DNA of 63,315 nt, the filler included, from Chiloscyllium plagiosum (taxonomy: Eukaryota): the NCBI RefSeq assembly GCF_004010195.1. It is 4 parts of one record of this genome, joined end to end, with 100 filler letters (N's around TTAATTAATTAA, not from the genome) between each part and the next. Parts side by side here need not be neighbours in the genome. Positions count along the whole stretch, not along the records: positions 37,806 to 63,315 come from NC_057712.1; 3 more parts are not named here. The stretch is one strand, 5' to 3'. Below are positions 62,186-63,315 of the stretch, piece by piece. Position 1 is the stretch's first letter. Every line of letters starts with the position of its first letter. The translations under genes and the position numbers were made by a program. The notes beneath the pieces are model-generated. The model did not search any database, was not told the DNA's origin, and saw nothing but the letters and a program-made list of their open reading frames with translations.

Positions 62186-62518
62186 CACAGGGTCCACACA
62201 CAACCTCCCACTTCTGTCTTTGACTGGCCCTATTCCAAGGAGAAAGTGAGGTCTGCAGATGCTGGAGATCAAAGTTGAAACTTTATTCCTTTTATTCCTC
62301 ACATACCTATAGAAAACTTTAGGGTTCTCCTTTATTCTATTTGCTGAAGACTGCTCATGGTCCTCTCTTTGCTCTTCTTTTGCTCTTCTTAACTCTCTCT
62401 TTAAATCCTTCCTAGCTGATCTGTAACTCTCCATCGTCTCATCCGAACCATTTTGCCTCATCAACACATAAGCCTTTCTCTTCTGCTTAATAAGAGATGC
62501 AATTTCTGTTGTAAACCA
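62186..62518 (-). mobile_element. CR1 ORF2 fragment near-identical to 59353-59633, with a PLE family-A tip at about 62237-62284
   Basis: WFTTEIASLIKQKRKAYVLMRQNGSDE...NRIKENPKVFYRYVRNKR. Confidence 0.85.
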
Positions 62519-62524
62519 GATTTC

Positions 62525-62685
62525 TTTCACTCAAGAACATGAGTGAACCTGATAGGCTTTTTTCCCCTGTAATCAACACTAATTCTTAATTCAGAATCTA
62601 ACTTGGTGGGATTCAAATCCACGACCCCAGAACATTAGTTTAGGCCTCTGGATTAATAATCTAGGGGCATTACTGCACCTACCCA
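62525..62685 (-). mobile_element. tRNA-derived SINE 5' part (SacSINE1-like)
   Basis: Reverse complement ...aatgttctggggtcgtggatttgaatcccacc (B-box-like), leading into sequence like 48715-48815. Confidence 0.5.
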
Positions 62686-62989
62686 ATTAGATTCCTACTT
62701 TGGATAGTTTCCAATACCATCAGGAGCCTTTACATGATTGGTGTGATGTCACAGATGAGATGGCGCAGGGGGTCATAATTAAAGGCAGCACCTTATCTCC
62801 TACGTTGAGAACACACACTCTGTTTAGCAATTCCACAAATAGGTTTACTCAGAAATTAACATGAGGTGACAAAAAAGTTAACACATTAATGCACATTTTC
62901 CACTGCAGGGTATTTTAAGAGGGAGTGACTCAGTTTAAAATAAAACTGGTCCTGCCTGTGTTAAATAACAGAATACTGTCATACAAAAC

Positions 62990-63315
62990 ATCAGCTGGGC
63001 TGAGGAGTGGCAGATGGAGTTCAACTCTGCCAAGTGTGAGGTTGTCCATTTTGGAAAGACAAATAAGAATGCAGAATACAGGTTTAACGGTAGGGTTCTT
63101 AGTGAGGTGGAGGAACAGAGGGATCTTGGGGTCTATGTTCATAGATCTTTGAAAGTTGCCACTCAGGTGTATAGAGCTTGTAAGAAGGCCTATGGTGTAT
63201 TAGCGTTCATTAGCAGAGGGATTGAATTCCATAAGACCATAAGACCATAAGACATAGAAGTGGAAGTAAGGCCATTCGGCCCATCGAGTCCACTCCGCCA
63301 TTCAATCATGGCTGA
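62990..63315. mobile_element. CR1 RT fragment (+, 62990-63228) abutting the tail of another CR1 (-, 63229-63315)
   Basis: WQMEFNSAKCEVVHFG; (CCATAAGA)x3 tail. Confidence 0.85.

Overview
Eukaryotic, repeat-dense DNA, most consistent with a shark or ray genome (HE1-type V-SINE, Deu-domain SINEs, many CR1 LINEs). No host protein-coding exon can be firmly supported; most long ORFs in the track come from retroelement remnants, tandem repeats or N gaps. The window is a nested stack of non-LTR retrotransposons (CR1 including one near full-length copy at 57315-61075, Rex1/Babar, RTE, an L2/CR1-clade family), SINEs, a solo LTR and a 34-bp minisatellite. The main hidden signal is four sequence-distinct families of Penelope-like element (PLE) termini, two of them directly linked to GIY-YIG endonuclease sequence. 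Each family carries a minimal type-I hammerhead ribozyme motif (CUGAnGA-stem II-GAAA-nn-UH, with a palindromic ACGU/AGCU stem III in the best copies). Several of these termini occur as tiny self-inverted insertions with 12-14 bp target-site duplications whose breakpoints fall in or next to the ribozyme core. Also present: a 319-bp near-perfect fold-back duplication, and a structure best read as a heterozygous young CR1 insertion whose empty allele was assembled into the gap. All calls were made by eye; repeat boundaries are approximate and family names are not database-confirmed.
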